A stretch of DNA of 64,000 nucleotides from Candidatus Krumholzibacteriia bacterium (GCA_029865265.1 JAOUHG010000017.1:1-64000); one strand, 5' to 3'; positions 49,200 to 59,833 are shown, counted from the stretch's first letter. Numbers and translations: made by a program. Notes: generated from the sequence alone by a model not told the origin.

Positions 49200-50315
49200 A
49201 TGCGCCCCGCGTGGTGGACCATCGCCCGGCTGGAGCTCACGCTCGCCATCCGCGACCGCGGCTCGGTGATCTGGTCGTTGATCGCGCCCATTGTCATGGC
49301 GTGGATATTCGGCTCCATGTTCGGCGGCAACGCGGACGCCCCCGCGCCGACGCGCGCGGCCCTCGATGGCGGCGCCAATCCCCCCGCGGTGGTATCGTTC
49401 GTGGCCGGCGTGCTCGGCGCACACGGCGTGGTGGTCGACTCGGCGGGCGCGGTACGGGTGGAGCTCCCCGACAGTCTGCTCGCGAAGCTGCGCGACGGCC
49501 AGGCCGCCACCGCCCGTATCCACAAGGGCGACGCCAGCGACCTGCGCGCGCAATCCGTGGGCGCCAACGTGCGCGACGCCCTGTACCGCATGGCCTTCGA
49601 GCGCCGCACCATCGAAACGGCGGTCCGGGAAGGGCGCACGCGGGTGTCGCCGGCGGGTGACACGCCGCTCGCGCTGAAGATGGAGACGCTGGGCGCGGCG
49701 CCCCGGATCCCGACGGGTTCCGAGCACACCCTCCCGGCCATGCTGGTGATGTTCATCATGTTCCAGCTCACCACCTTCTTCCTGGGGATGTGGGTGGAGG
49801 ATCTCAGGAGCGGAAAAACACGGCGCATCACCATGAGTCCCACGCGCACGCGCGACATCCTCTTCGCCCAGATCGTGGCGCGGCTGGCGTGGGGCACCCT
49901 GCAGGTGGCCATCATTCTCGGCCTGGGGTCGATGATCCTCGGCGTGCACCTGGAGGCCGCGCCACTCCCGCTCGCCGCGTTGATCGGCGCGTACATGCTT
50001 GCGGCGGCGTCGCTGGGGATGCTGCTGGCCTCGTTCTTCAAGTCCCCGGAGAAGGCCGGCGCCATCGGCGTGATCGTTTCGCTGGTGATGGCCGCACTGG
50101 GCGGTTGCTGGTGGCCGCTGGAGATGGTGCCCGACGCCATGCGCCGGGTGGCGCTGGTGTTCCCCACCGGCCAGGCCATGGACGCGCTGGGAGAGATGAC
50201 CGCACTGGGCACCGCCGCGCCGTTTCCGCTGTCAAACGTGGTGGTGCTGCTGGCGATGGCGTCTATCATGATGCCCTTCGCCACGCGCCGCATGCGCATT
50301 CAGATGACCAGCTGA
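49200..50315 (+). CDS. ABC-2 family transporter permease (second subunit)
   Basis: Same topology as the preceding gene. Its start abuts the previous stop. Confidence 0.75.
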   Translation: MRPAWWTIARLELTLAIRDRGSVIWSLIAPIVMAWIFGSMFGGNADAPAPTRAALDGGANPPAVVSFVAGVLGAHGVVVDSAGAVRVELPDSLLAKLRDGQAATARIHKGDASDLRAQSVGANVRDALYRMAFERRTIETAVREGRTRVSPAGDTPLALKMETLGAAPRIPTGSEHTLPAMLVMFIMFQLTTFFLGMWVEDLRSGKTRRITMSPTRTRDILFAQIVARLAWGTLQVAIILGLGSMILGVHLEAAPLPLAALIGAYMLAAASLGMLLASFFKSPEKAGAIGVIVSLVMAALGGCWWPLEMVPDAMRRVALVFPTGQAMDALGEMTALGTAAPFPLSNVVVLLAMASIMMPFATRRMRIQMTS

Positions 50316-50336
50316 TGTTGGTGGAAGGAGATTCCC

Positions 50337-51986
50337 GTGAAGACGTCCGATCTCGCACTCATTGCGGCGGCGGCCATCGCAGCCGCGCTGTCCATTGCCA
50401 CCGCCGCAAATACCGGCATGTCCGAAGCGCGCATGCGCGAGCACATCCGCTACCTCGCCTCCGATGAGCTCGGCGGCCGCGCACCCGGTTCGCGGGGCGA
50501 GGATCTCGCCGTGACCTACCTCACCGAGCAGTTGAAGGCGGTGGGTTGCGCACCCGGCAACCCGGACGGCAGCTTCACGCAGACGGTCCCACTGTACGGC
50601 TTCACCGTGACCAACGCCCCCACCCTCACCGTGAACCGCATGGACGGAGGGTCGAGGGAGTTTGCATCCGGCAGCGAGTTCGTCGGATGGACGATGCGCC
50701 AGACCACCTCCAGCGCGGTCGAGGACGCGGAACTGGTCTTCGTCGGCTACGGCGTGGACGCACCCGAGTACAACTGGAACGACTACCGGGACACCGAGGT
50801 GGCCGGGAAGATCGTGGTGATCCTGGTCAACGACCCGCCGCTCGAGGACGCGTCGATGTTCGGCGGGCGCGCCATGACCTACTACGGACGCTGGACCTAC
50901 AAGTACGAGGCGGCGGCGGAGAAGGGCGCGCTGGGTGCGATCATCGTGCACAACACGCAGGACGCGGGCTACCCCTGGGCGGTGGTGGAGAACAGCTGGT
51001 CGGGCGAACAGTTCGACGTGGTGCGCGCGGACGAGGGTGCCGGCCGTTGCGCGCTGGAGTCGTGGATCACCGAGGACGCGGCGCGCGAACTGTTTGCGAT
51101 GGCGGACCGCGACTTCGACGCCGAGAAAGCCGCGGCGGCGACGGCGACGTTCCGGGCGTACCCGCTGGGCCTGCGCGCATCGGCCCGCATCGAGAACGCG
51201 GCGCACACCATCGAGTCGCGCAACGCCGTGGCGCGGGTGGAAGGGTCCGATCCGGTGCTGCGAAACGAGATCGTCGTCTTTACCGCCCACTGGGATCATC
51301 TGGGCATCGGCAAGCCGGCCGACGGGGATTCCATCTACAACGGCGCCCTCGACAACGCCACCGGTGTCTCCGGCGTAATGGAAATCGCCGCGCGCTTTGC
51401 GGAGGAAAAGAAGTCGTTGAAGCGCAGCGCCCTGTTTGTCTTCACCACCGGCGAGGAGAGCGGCCTGCTGGGCGCCACGCACTACGTGGAGAATCCGCTG
51501 TATCCACTGACGCACACCGTCGCCGTGATCAATGTGGATGGACTCAACGTGTGGGGTCGCACGAGCGACATGGTGGTGGTGGGGTACGGCCAGTCGGACC
51601 TCGACCAGCTGCTGCGCGACGTGATCGCCGCCATGGACCGCACCATCGCACCCGACAGCGAACCCGAGAAGGGTTACTACTACCGTTCCGACCACTTCCC
51701 CTTCGCCCGCGCCGGCGTGCCCGCGCTGTACGCGGACAGCGGTGTGGAGTTCCGGGAGCGGCCGCAGGGCTGGGGAATGGAGCGCCGGCGCGAGTACGTG
51801 GCCCAGCGCTACCACAAACCGCAGGACGAATACTCCGAAGCGTGGGACCTGTCCGGTGCGCTGGAGGACATGGAGGCGCTGTTCCAGGTGGGTTACACGC
51901 TGGCCTCAACCGACCGTGTGGCGCAGTGGAGCGAGAAGAGCGAATTCCGCCGCGTGCGCGAAGACATGATGCGCGGCTCCAAGTAA
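50337..51986 (+). CDS. secreted M28-family zinc aminopeptidase (with PA-like insert)
   Basis: GGAAGGAGA RBS then GTG 50337. Signal peptide MKTSDLALIAAAAIAAALSIATAA. M28 zinc-ligand blocks (AHWDHLG, NGALDNATG, TGEESGLLG). Confidence 0.85.
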   Translation: MKTSDLALIAAAAIAAALSIATAANTGMSEARMREHIRYLASDELGGRAPGSRGEDLAVTYLTEQLKAVGCAPGNPDGSFTQTVPLYGFTVTNAPTLTVNRMDGGSREFASGSEFVGWTMRQTTSSAVEDAELVFVGYGVDAPEYNWNDYRDTEVAGKIVVILVNDPPLEDASMFGGRAMTYYGRWTYKYEAAAEKGALGAIIVHNTQDAGYPWAVVENSWSGEQFDVVRADEGAGRCALESWITEDAARELFAMADRDFDAEKAAAATATFRAYPLGLRASARIENAAHTIESRNAVARVEGSDPVLRNEIVVFTAHWDHLGIGKPADGDSIYNGALDNATGVSGVMEIAARFAEEKKSLKRSALFVFTTGEESGLLGATHYVENPLYPLTHTVAVINVDGLNVWGRTSDMVVVGYGQSDLDQLLRDVIAAMDRTIAPDSEPEKGYYYRSDHFPFARAGVPALYADSGVEFRERPQGWGMERRREYVAQRYHKPQDEYSEAWDLSGALEDMEALFQVGYTLASTDRVAQWSEKSEFRRVREDMMRGSK

Positions 51987-52094
51987 CCGGGAGGGTGTGA
52001 CGTCACTTCGCGGCGAGTTCCGCAGCGCGACTGCCAGATGGAGTTCTGTCGCGCGAGGACTGTCTGAGCAAGCGAAGAGACGTCGCGCCCGACC

Positions 52095-52931
52095 CTACTG
52101 CGTATCGCGCAGCGCCTGCTCGCCCGCGGTGAGTTTGGCTTCCGCGGCTTCGTAGCCCGCCTTGACCGCCTCGTCCATGCGGTTGTAGTCCTCGATCTTG
52201 AGGTCCGGATCGAGCGGCGGGCGGATGAGTACCTCCGGCGGATTCAACGACAGGCGCATCGACGTCACTGGGCCCTGCGGAATGTCGATGGACTTCATCA
52301 GCATCTCAAAAATCAGCGGACGCTTGCCGCGCTTGAGCGGCGTGCGCACCTTCTCCCACAACGACCGCTCGTCCTCGAACACCAGCCGGCGGTCCGCCGG
52401 CGCCGAGGTATCCACCGCCACCACCGGCGCCAGCGTCATGCTGCGAATCACGTCCACCGGCAGGTTGTTGAGCAGGCTCCCGTCGATGAGCACCCGCCCC
52501 ACGTGTTTCACGGCGGCGAAAATTCCGGGCAGCGCGCTGGTGGCGCGCAGCGCGGGCAGCAGTTTGCCCTGGTTGAGGACCACCAGGCGGCCGCGCTGCA
52601 CGTCCACGGCCGTAACCGCCAGCGGAATCTTGAGGTCCTCGAAGTTCTGCGGCAGGTGCTTCTCCAGGTGGCGGGTCACCCCCTTGCCGCCGATGAGCCC
52701 GCCCATGCTGCTGCGGTCCAGCAGGCCCATGAGATCGAGCCCGCCGAACATCTCTTCGATCTGCGCCGCCTTGAACCCGGCCGCGTGCAGCGCGCCGATG
52801 ATGCCGCCCATGGAACAGCCGGCGATGGCCTGCACGCGCAGACCGCGCTCTTCGATGGAGCGAAGCACGCCGATGTGCGCATAGCCGCGCGCACCGCCGC
52901 CGCCGAGCACCAGACCCACCCTGACCGCCAT
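52095..52931 (-). CDS. patatin-like phospholipase
   Basis: GGGARGYAHIGVL oxyanion motif, GCSMGG (GxSxG) nucleophile, DGS catalytic Asp (LIDGSLLNN). Confidence 0.9.
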   Translation of the reverse strand: MAVRVGLVLGGGGARGYAHIGVLRSIEERGLRVQAIAGCSMGGIIGALHAAGFKAAQIEEMFGGLDLMGLLDRSSMGGLIGGKGVTRHLEKHLPQNFEDLKIPLAVTAVDVQRGRLVVLNQGKLLPALRATSALPGIFAAVKHVGRVLIDGSLLNNLPVDVIRSMTLAPVVAVDTSAPADRRLVFEDERSLWEKVRTPLKRGKRPLIFEMLMKSIDIPQGPVTSMRLSLNPPEVLIRPPLDPDLKIEDYNRMDEAVKAGYEAAEAKLTAGEQALRDTQ

Positions 52932-53042
52932 GAAGACCTCCGTGTTTCGCGGCGGTGATTATTCGCGCTCCCGCCGCCCGCTGTCAACGAGTGATGCGCG
53001 CGGCCTTGACCCGTTTCCGGCCGGCGGATAGTATCGGCGGCG

Positions 53043-53585
53043 ATGCGTGCCCTGTTCCTGCCGATGCTGCTCCTCCTGCTCACCGCCTGCGCCACGGTGC
53101 AGTACAGCCACGACTGGGACGTGACGGCCGATTTCGGCCGCTACCGCACCTACGCGTGGATGCCAGCACCCCCCGACAGCACCCCGGCGAACGCCGATGC
53201 CGCACGCGCCGGCGGCACCCTGATCGAACGCCGCGTGCGCGCGGCGGTGGACGCCGCCATGCTGGCGCACGGGTTCAGCGCCGACGAAGACCACCCCGAC
53301 GTGCGGGTGGCGTATCACACCGGTCTCAAGGACAAGATGAACATCACCGACTGGGGCTACCCGTACGCCGGCAACTACTGGGGATGGGAGGGTCGTGACG
53401 TCGACGTGGAGAACTACACCGAGGGAACCCTGGTGGTCGACCTGCTCGACGCGGACTCGCACGACCTGGTGTGGCGCGGCATGGCCAGCGGCGAAATCCA
53501 CCCCCGCAGCACGCCGCAGGAACGCGACCATGCCATGAAGCAGATCGTCGCGAAGATGTTCGAAGAATACCCACCGAAGCGCTGA
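53043..53585 (+). CDS. DUF4136-family lipoprotein
   Basis: Lipobox LLLLTAC; ~180 aa. NITDWGYPYAGNYWGWEG...LVVDLLDADSHDLVWRG is typical of DUF4136. Confidence 0.7.
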   Translation: MRALFLPMLLLLLTACATVQYSHDWDVTADFGRYRTYAWMPAPPDSTPANADAARAGGTLIERRVRAAVDAAMLAHGFSADEDHPDVRVAYHTGLKDKMNITDWGYPYAGNYWGWEGRDVDVENYTEGTLVVDLLDADSHDLVWRGMASGEIHPRSTPQERDHAMKQIVAKMFEEYPPKR

Positions 53586-53596
53586 CCCGCCCGCGG

Positions 53597-55102
53597 CTAG
53601 CGCGCGGCCGCGAAGTCCAGCCCCAGCACCCAGCGCGTCCACGTGTAGGTGAACAGCGTCACCAGCACGATCCCGATCCAGTCCACCACCCAGCCCGCGC
53701 GCATCATGTCGCGCGCGGTGACACGGTGCGTCCCGTAGACGATGGTGTTGGGCGGTGTCGCCACCGGCAGCATGAAACCGCACGAGGCGGCGAGGGTCGC
53801 GGGCAGCATGAGCAGGAGCGGGTGCATGCCCTTGGCGGTCGCCAGCGCCGCCAGCACGGGCAACGAAACCTGCGCCAGCGCGGTGTTGGACGCCAGCTCG
53901 CCCAGAAAGCAGATGCCCGCCACCAGCAGGAAGATCATCAACAGCGGCGGCACGCCCGCGAGCCCCCCCAGGCTCGCACCCAGGTAGTCCGACAGGCCGG
54001 AGCGCTGGAACGCGTCGGCGAGCGCAAAACCGCCGCCGAACAGGATCACCACGTCCCACGGCAGCTTGCCGAACGCGCTCGCATCCAGAATCGGTCCCGG
54101 CCGCGAGCGCGCCGGCACCATGAACAGCAGGATGGCCACGCCCACCGCCACCACACCGTCCCCCACCCGCCCCGCGAAGCCGCCCCGCGATGCCCAGCCG
54201 CGCACGGTCGTGTCGCCCAGGGTGAGGTCCGCGCGCGTGACCACCAGCGCCACGAACACGAAGAACAGCACCATCACGACGCGTTGCTCGAACGGCATCC
54301 GTCCCAGCCCGGCGTAGTCGCGGCGCAGCAACCCGCGATTGACCACCACCGCACAGCCGCGCAACGCCGTGGCACGGAAGTACAGGAACAGCAGCACGAA
54401 CATCACCACCGACACCGGCGCCGCCATCAGCATCCACGACAGGAAGGTCACCGGCGTCACCCCGGGGGCGGCCATGGCGTACACGCGCGAGAAGACCAGG
54501 TTGGGCGGGGTGCCGATGAGCGTGGCCATGCCACCCACCGACGCCGCGTAGGCAGCGCCCAGCAGCATGGCCCGGGTGAGTCCCTGCGCGGCGGCGCGGT
54601 CCTCGTGTTCAACACTTCCCACCAGGGAGAGGATGATGGGGATCATGATCAACATGGACGCCGTATTCGACACCCACCACGAGATCATCCAGGTGACACC
54701 CATCACGCCCAGCAGGATCATCGCCGGGCTCTTGCCGATCCACACCAGGATGCGCAACGCGATGCGGCGGTCCAGCCCGGTGGTCTGCATCCCGATGGCC
54801 AGCATGAAGCCACCCAGGAACAGGAAGATGATGTCGTTCATGTAGGCGGCGGCAACCTGGCCCGCGCTGGCGAACGCAAACAGGGGCAGCAGCACCACCG
54901 GGAACAGCGCGGTGACGGCCAGCGGCACCGCCTCGGTGAGCCAGTACATCGCCATCAATACCGCGACCGCCAGGGTCCGCCCCACCTCCGGGCGCTCCGG
55001 CACCGGATTGACACCCACCAGCACCAGCACGAACAACACCAGGCCCAGCAGGAGCGCCAGAATGCGCATCCGCGGCCACCAGCGGGAACGGTCAGCTACC
55101 AT
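53597..55102 (-). CDS. DASS/SLC13-family anion:sodium symporter (divalent anion/dicarboxylate/sulfate)
   Basis: Polytopic membrane protein with the duplicated hairpin motifs of the family (MATLIGTPPNLVF and LPVATPPNTIVYG). Confidence 0.8.
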   Translation of the reverse strand: MVADRSRWWPRMRILALLLGLVLFVLVLVGVNPVPERPEVGRTLAVAVLMAMYWLTEAVPLAVTALFPVVLLPLFAFASAGQVAAAYMNDIIFLFLGGFMLAIGMQTTGLDRRIALRILVWIGKSPAMILLGVMGVTWMISWWVSNTASMLIMIPIILSLVGSVEHEDRAAAQGLTRAMLLGAAYAASVGGMATLIGTPPNLVFSRVYAMAAPGVTPVTFLSWMLMAAPVSVVMFVLLFLYFRATALRGCAVVVNRGLLRRDYAGLGRMPFEQRVVMVLFFVFVALVVTRADLTLGDTTVRGWASRGGFAGRVGDGVVAVGVAILLFMVPARSRPGPILDASAFGKLPWDVVILFGGGFALADAFQRSGLSDYLGASLGGLAGVPPLLMIFLLVAGICFLGELASNTALAQVSLPVLAALATAKGMHPLLLMLPATLAASCGFMLPVATPPNTIVYGTHRVTARDMMRAGWVVDWIGIVLVTLFTYTWTRWVLGLDFAAAR

Positions 55103-55753
55103 CTACACTCCGTCGTAGCCACGCCACAGGTAGAGTGTGCCCACCGTCCGGTACGGGCGCCAGGCCTCCGCGATCCGCTCCAGGCGACCCGGCTTCGTGC
55201 CCCGGCGCAGGCGGTAGCGCGACGCCATCGCCTTGCGCAGACCCAGGTCGCCCACCGGAAAGACATCCAGACGGTTGAGCGCAAAGATGAGAAACATGTG
55301 TGCCGACCAGTCCCCCACGCCCTTGATCGCCGTCAGGCGGGCGATCACCTGTTCGTCACTCATGCGGGCAAACGTACGCAGCGTGACGCGATTGCGGGAG
55401 AAGTCCTCGGCGACGTTGCGCACGTACACCGCCTTGGAACGCGACAACCCGCACGCAATCAGTTCCTGCGGCGAAAGCGCCAGGATACCCGCCGGGCCCG
55501 GCCGTCCGCCCCCCAGGGCCGCGGCGAGGCGCGCGTAGATGGAGCGTGCGGCGTGGGTGGAGAGCTGCTGCGAAACGATCGTCTCCAGCATGACCTGGAA
55601 CGCGTTGGTGGTGGCGTGCAGATCGTAGGTGCCAAAGCGCTGCACCAGATCCGCCACCACCGGATCGCTTGCCCGCAGGTGTGCGGCCGCGCGCCGCATT
55701 TCGCGGTCGAGCCCCGCCTGCCGTGAAGAACTGCGCCGGTCGAGCCATGCCAT
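55103..55753 (-). CDS. HhH-GPD DNA glycosylase (AlkA / 3-methyladenine glycosylase II-like)
   Basis: Helix-hairpin-helix LTAIKGVGDWSAHMFLIFAL followed by the catalytic-Asp loop VFPVGDLGLRKAM. Start ATG near 55753 (MAWLDRR). Confidence 0.75.
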   Translation of the reverse strand: MAWLDRRSSSRQAGLDREMRRAAAHLRASDPVVADLVQRFGTYDLHATTNAFQVMLETIVSQQLSTHAARSIYARLAAALGGGRPGPAGILALSPQELIACGLSRSKAVYVRNVAEDFSRNRVTLRTFARMSDEQVIARLTAIKGVGDWSAHMFLIFALNRLDVFPVGDLGLRKAMASRYRLRRGTKPGRLERIAEAWRPYRTVGTLYLWRGYDGV

Positions 55754-55857
55754 GCCGCAATCATATCCGCACGGCGCGCGCCGGGAAAGGGGATGCTTCG
55801 CCGGAAGTTCCATTGAAGCGACGGGCCGGTTCTGCTAGCGTGGGTGCCGGAAGGCCT

Positions 55858-57099
55858 ATGAGCGCGCCCGACGAACACACCATCATCCACGAGTGGAACC
55901 CGCGCCCCGCGGCGCCTCCCTACCCGCTCAAGCTGAACGACGAGACCCTGCGCGACGGCCTGCAGTCGCCGTCGGTGTTCAATCCCGCCATCGCCGACAA
56001 GCTCGAGATTCTGCACTTCATGGAGGATCTGGGGCTCTACTCCGCCGCCATCGGCCTGCCCGCCGCCGGACCCCGCGCGTTCGAGGACGTGCTGGCCATC
56101 GCGGGCGAGATCGCGCGGGCGCGGCTCAAGATCTACCCGTACTGCGCGGCGCGCACGCACCAGAACGACATCCTCCCCATCATCGACATCCAGCAGAAGA
56201 CCGGCATCAAGGTGCAGGCGGCGCTGTTCATCTTCTCCAGCCCCATCCGCCAGCTCGCGGAGGACTGGACCGTGGACAAGCTGCTCAAGGTGAGCGAGGC
56301 GGCCATCGAGTTTGCGCACAAGAACGAGGTGCCGGTGATGTACGTCACCGAGGACACCACGCGCGCCCAGCCCGAAACCCTGGAGCGTCTCTACCAGATG
56401 GCGATCGACATGAACGTGGAGCGCCTGTGCATCTCCGACACCGTGGGCCATGCCACGCCGGGTGGCGCCGAGACCCTGGTGCGGTTCGTGCGCTCCCTCG
56501 TCACGCGTTCCGGCAAGGACATCGGGGTGGACTGGCACGGGCACCGCGACCGCGACCTGGCGGTGGCCAACGCGATGGCGGCGTTCTACGCCGGCGCGGA
56601 CCGCATCCACGGATCCATGCTCGGGATCGGCGAGCGGGTGGGCAACGCACCCATCGATTCGCTCATGGTGAATTTCAAACTGATGGGCGTGTTCGATCAG
56701 GATCTCACCCGGCTCCCCGCCTACGCGCGCAAGGTATCCGACGCGTGCCGGGTGCCCATCCCCGACAACTATCCCATTCTGGGCAAGGATGCCTTCCGCA
56801 CCCAGACCGGCGTGCATGCCGACGCCATCGTCAAGGCCTACAAGAAGGGTGACGCGTGGCTGGCCAACCGGATATACAGCGGGGTTCCGGCCGACGAGGT
56901 CGGCCTCGCACAGGTCATCGAAGTGGGGCCGATGAGCGGGAAGTCCAACGTGCGCTACTGGCTGGAATCACGCGGCATCGAAGCCACCGACGCGATGGTG
57001 GATCGCATTTTCGAGCGCGCCAAGCAGGTCGACTACATTCTCCCTGATGGGGAGATTATCGAGATCGTCGAGAAGATCCGGGGCGGGGCGGCGCGCTGA
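55858..57099 (+). CDS. HMGL-like DRE-TIM metallolyase (2-isopropylmalate / homocitrate / citramalate synthase family), short form without LeuA C-terminal regulatory domain
   Basis: LRDGLQ substrate/metal motif, HGHRDRDLAVANAMAAFYAGADRIHGSMLGIGERVGNAPID (HxH metal ligands). GGAAGG RBS before ATG 55858. Confidence 0.75.
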   Translation: MSAPDEHTIIHEWNPRPAAPPYPLKLNDETLRDGLQSPSVFNPAIADKLEILHFMEDLGLYSAAIGLPAAGPRAFEDVLAIAGEIARARLKIYPYCAARTHQNDILPIIDIQQKTGIKVQAALFIFSSPIRQLAEDWTVDKLLKVSEAAIEFAHKNEVPVMYVTEDTTRAQPETLERLYQMAIDMNVERLCISDTVGHATPGGAETLVRFVRSLVTRSGKDIGVDWHGHRDRDLAVANAMAAFYAGADRIHGSMLGIGERVGNAPIDSLMVNFKLMGVFDQDLTRLPAYARKVSDACRVPIPDNYPILGKDAFRTQTGVHADAIVKAYKKGDAWLANRIYSGVPADEVGLAQVIEVGPMSGKSNVRYWLESRGIEATDAMVDRIFERAKQVDYILPDGEIIEIVEKIRGGAAR

Positions 57100-57112
57100 C
57101 GGGCGTCGCCGC

Positions 57113-57790
57113 CTACTTGCGATACAACGCCTTCACGCCACCCCAGGTGGTCGCTTCGACGCCGACCACGTTGTCCTGCGCGACGATCCGGAAACGCGGA
57201 GTGCCTTCGAATGCACCGTTGGCGTTCTTGTCCGAGAACGCGATGATCTCCAGACCCGTTGAGCCCACCCAGGTGAAGCGGTGCACGCCCGTGTCCGAGT
57301 AGAAACCATTGCCGATGCTGGTCAGGACCTCGATGGGCGCGAGCTGCGACGTCAGCGCGCCGATGGGGGCACCGTCGATGAACACCTGCACCAGCGACGA
57401 GGGCGGGTCCGGCCAGAAGCGCAGACACAGGCTGCCGAGCGTGCGCGGCGAGGTGCCGAAACCGTCCACGATAACGTCGAAGTTGTTGCCCAGCGTGACG
57501 TACTCGTTCTGCCCCGAGGGCGACGGCTCGAACGCGGTGATAATGGGTGCGCGGTAGAGCTCCACCGGGATGCGCGACTCCGCACGGTCCCACAGCATCT
57601 GCCCGCCGACCGCATAGGCAGCATCGAAGCGGGCGTCGCCGGGCGACACGAGTTCATAGCGTCCCGCGTCGAAGCGGCACACTGCCGGTGAACTTGGATA
57701 AAGCAGATAGGACGGTTCGGCGTGGACGCGGCCCGCAAACGCGGTCGCGCACAGAATCAGGCCGAGCACGATGCCCTTTTTCGTGCCCAT
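57113..57790 (-). CDS. secreted hypothetical protein (225 aa)
   Basis: Signal peptide MGTKKGIVLGLILCATAFAGRVHA-EP. No recognisable catalytic motif. The upstream part of the track ORF is not used. Confidence 0.55.
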   Translation of the reverse strand: MGTKKGIVLGLILCATAFAGRVHAEPSYLLYPSSPAVCRFDAGRYELVSPGDARFDAAYAVGGQMLWDRAESRIPVELYRAPIITAFEPSPSGQNEYVTLGNNFDVIVDGFGTSPRTLGSLCLRFWPDPPSSLVQVFIDGAPIGALTSQLAPIEVLTSIGNGFYSDTGVHRFTWVGSTGLEIIAFSDKNANGAFEGTPRFRIVAQDNVVGVEATTWGGVKALYRK

Positions 57791-58155
57791 AGCTATTGTC
57801 TCGACCTCCGCGTCTGACCCGCTGGTTCGTACTGCCGGGCCGCGCTGCTGCACAAAACGTTGTTGCACTGTCGCGAAGGGACGCGGCCCGGGGCCGCGAC
57901 GAACTGCTCCTTCCCCCGCAGAAACGCGCATGAGTATAGCACAAATCGGCCCTGACATGAAGCGGGGGATGCGGGTGGCGTGGGGCCCGACGATCTACTT
58001 GATTAATTGACAGGGGCTTGCCCGGCCCGGTGTGGGTCCGGGCGGCGGGGGGCTTTGTGGTTTTCCACCGGCACGCCCGGTGCTACACTGCCCCTCGTTG
58101 CCGCCCCTGCCATGCTTCGCCCCGCGCGGCCGGACCGCGCCAAGGAGGACTCTCG

Positions 58156-59826
58156 ATGCAGCGCAATCTCCGACTTGCCCTTCTCACAGCCCTGTTGCTC
58201 GCCGGTGCTGCCGGCTGCGGCGGGGGCGGTGACCACGCGGATGGCAACGGCGGCGATTCCACCTTGGCGGTCCACACCGGTTCGGGCCCGCGGCCGGGCG
58301 GCACCGTGATCCGGCGCCTCGAGTCGGAGTGCAAGACGCTCAACTGGGTGCTGTACACGACGGCGTACGAGAACTTCGTCCTGCGCCACATCTACGACCC
58401 CGTCATCGACTACGACGAGAACGGCGACCTGGTGCCGGTGCTGGCGGCCGCGCTTCCCGAAGTGAGCGCGGACCACCTGCGCGTCACCATCCGGTTGCGC
58501 AAGGACATCCACTGGCAGGACGGCGTGCCGATTACGTCGCGCGACGTAAAGTTCGCACTCAGCAAGATCCAGGACCCCAGCGTGCCGGCGCTCAACAAGC
58601 TGGCCTACTTCGAGAAACTGGACCGCCTGGAGACGCCGGACGACCACACGCTGGTGTTCGTGTGGAAGGAACCGTTTGCGCCGGGCATGTACGCCCTCAC
58701 CCAGCTGTGGCCCATCCCCGAGCACATCTACGGCAAGGGTGACTTTCTCACCAACCCCGCCAACCGCAAGCCGGTGGGCAGCGGGCCCTTCATGCTCGAC
58801 GAGTGGCGCTCGGGCCAGTACATCAGCCTGAAGCGCTACGACGACTACCACGGCAAGAAGGCCTACCTGGATCGCATCATCTTCAAGGTGGTCGAGGACG
58901 ACGCGGTCGCACTCAACATGCTCAAGACGGGGGAACTCGACGAGATGCGCGTCACCCAGCTGCAGTGGGAGAAGCAGACCGTCTCTCCCGAGTTCACGGC
59001 CGGCTTCAACAAGTACCAGTACTACTTCCCGCAGTACAACTTCATCACCTACAACTGCCGCACGGTGTGGTTCTCCGATCCGCGCGTGCGTCTGGCGATG
59101 ACGTTCCTGTTCGACCGCGAGAGCATCAACAACAAGATCTACTCGGGCTATGCACGGCTGGTGAGCGGGCCCTTCTACATCAACTCGTGGGCCTACGACA
59201 AGACGGTGAAACCGCACCCCTTCGACCCCCAACGCGCGCGCGAACTGCTCGACGAGGCCGGATGGACGGACAGCAACGGCGACGGCGTCCGCGACAAGAA
59301 CGGCAAGAAGTTCGAGTTCGAGCTGGGCATCGCCCACGGCAGCAACACGGCGGCACAGTTTGCACAACTGCTGCAGGAGGAGTGCGGCAAGTCGGGCATC
59401 CGCGTGAACATCCGGCAGATCGAGGGCTCCACGTTCTTCGACCGTATCGATAAGGGCGAGTTCGACGCGTGTACGCTGGGGTGGACGCTGGACCTCGACC
59501 CCGACGTCTATGACACCTTCCACTCCAGCAAGGTCCCGCCCAACGGGCTCAATCAGGGCGCGTACTCCAACGCCTCGGTGGACAGCCTGCTCGTGGCCGG
59601 ACGCACCGAATTCGACCAGAGCAAGCGTGCCGCCATCTACCACCGCGTGCACCGGATCATGCACCAGGATCCGCCCTACACCTTCATCAACGCGGTGCCG
59701 GAAAAGCGGCCCATCGCCAGGCGCATCCAGGGCGTCATGATTTCACCCAAGGGGCCCTACGACTTCTGGCCGGGGGCGAACTACTGGTGGGTCGACGAGG
59801 GCGCCGCCAGCGTCGCGTCCGACTGA
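58156..59826 (+). CDS. ABC transporter substrate-binding lipoprotein, family 5 (DppA/OppA/NikA-like)
   Basis: AAGGAGG RBS, lipobox LLLAGAAGC, full-length SBP_bac_5 similarity (...GSGPFMLDEWRSGQYISLKRYDDY...). Confidence 0.85.
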   Translation: MQRNLRLALLTALLLAGAAGCGGGGDHADGNGGDSTLAVHTGSGPRPGGTVIRRLESECKTLNWVLYTTAYENFVLRHIYDPVIDYDENGDLVPVLAAALPEVSADHLRVTIRLRKDIHWQDGVPITSRDVKFALSKIQDPSVPALNKLAYFEKLDRLETPDDHTLVFVWKEPFAPGMYALTQLWPIPEHIYGKGDFLTNPANRKPVGSGPFMLDEWRSGQYISLKRYDDYHGKKAYLDRIIFKVVEDDAVALNMLKTGELDEMRVTQLQWEKQTVSPEFTAGFNKYQYYFPQYNFITYNCRTVWFSDPRVRLAMTFLFDRESINNKIYSGYARLVSGPFYINSWAYDKTVKPHPFDPQRARELLDEAGWTDSNGDGVRDKNGKKFEFELGIAHGSNTAAQFAQLLQEECGKSGIRVNIRQIEGSTFFDRIDKGEFDACTLGWTLDLDPDVYDTFHSSKVPPNGLNQGAYSNASVDSLLVAGRTEFDQSKRAAIYHRVHRIMHQDPPYTFINAVPEKRPIARRIQGVMISPKGPYDFWPGANYWWVDEGAASVASD

Positions 59827-59833
59827 TGACGAG

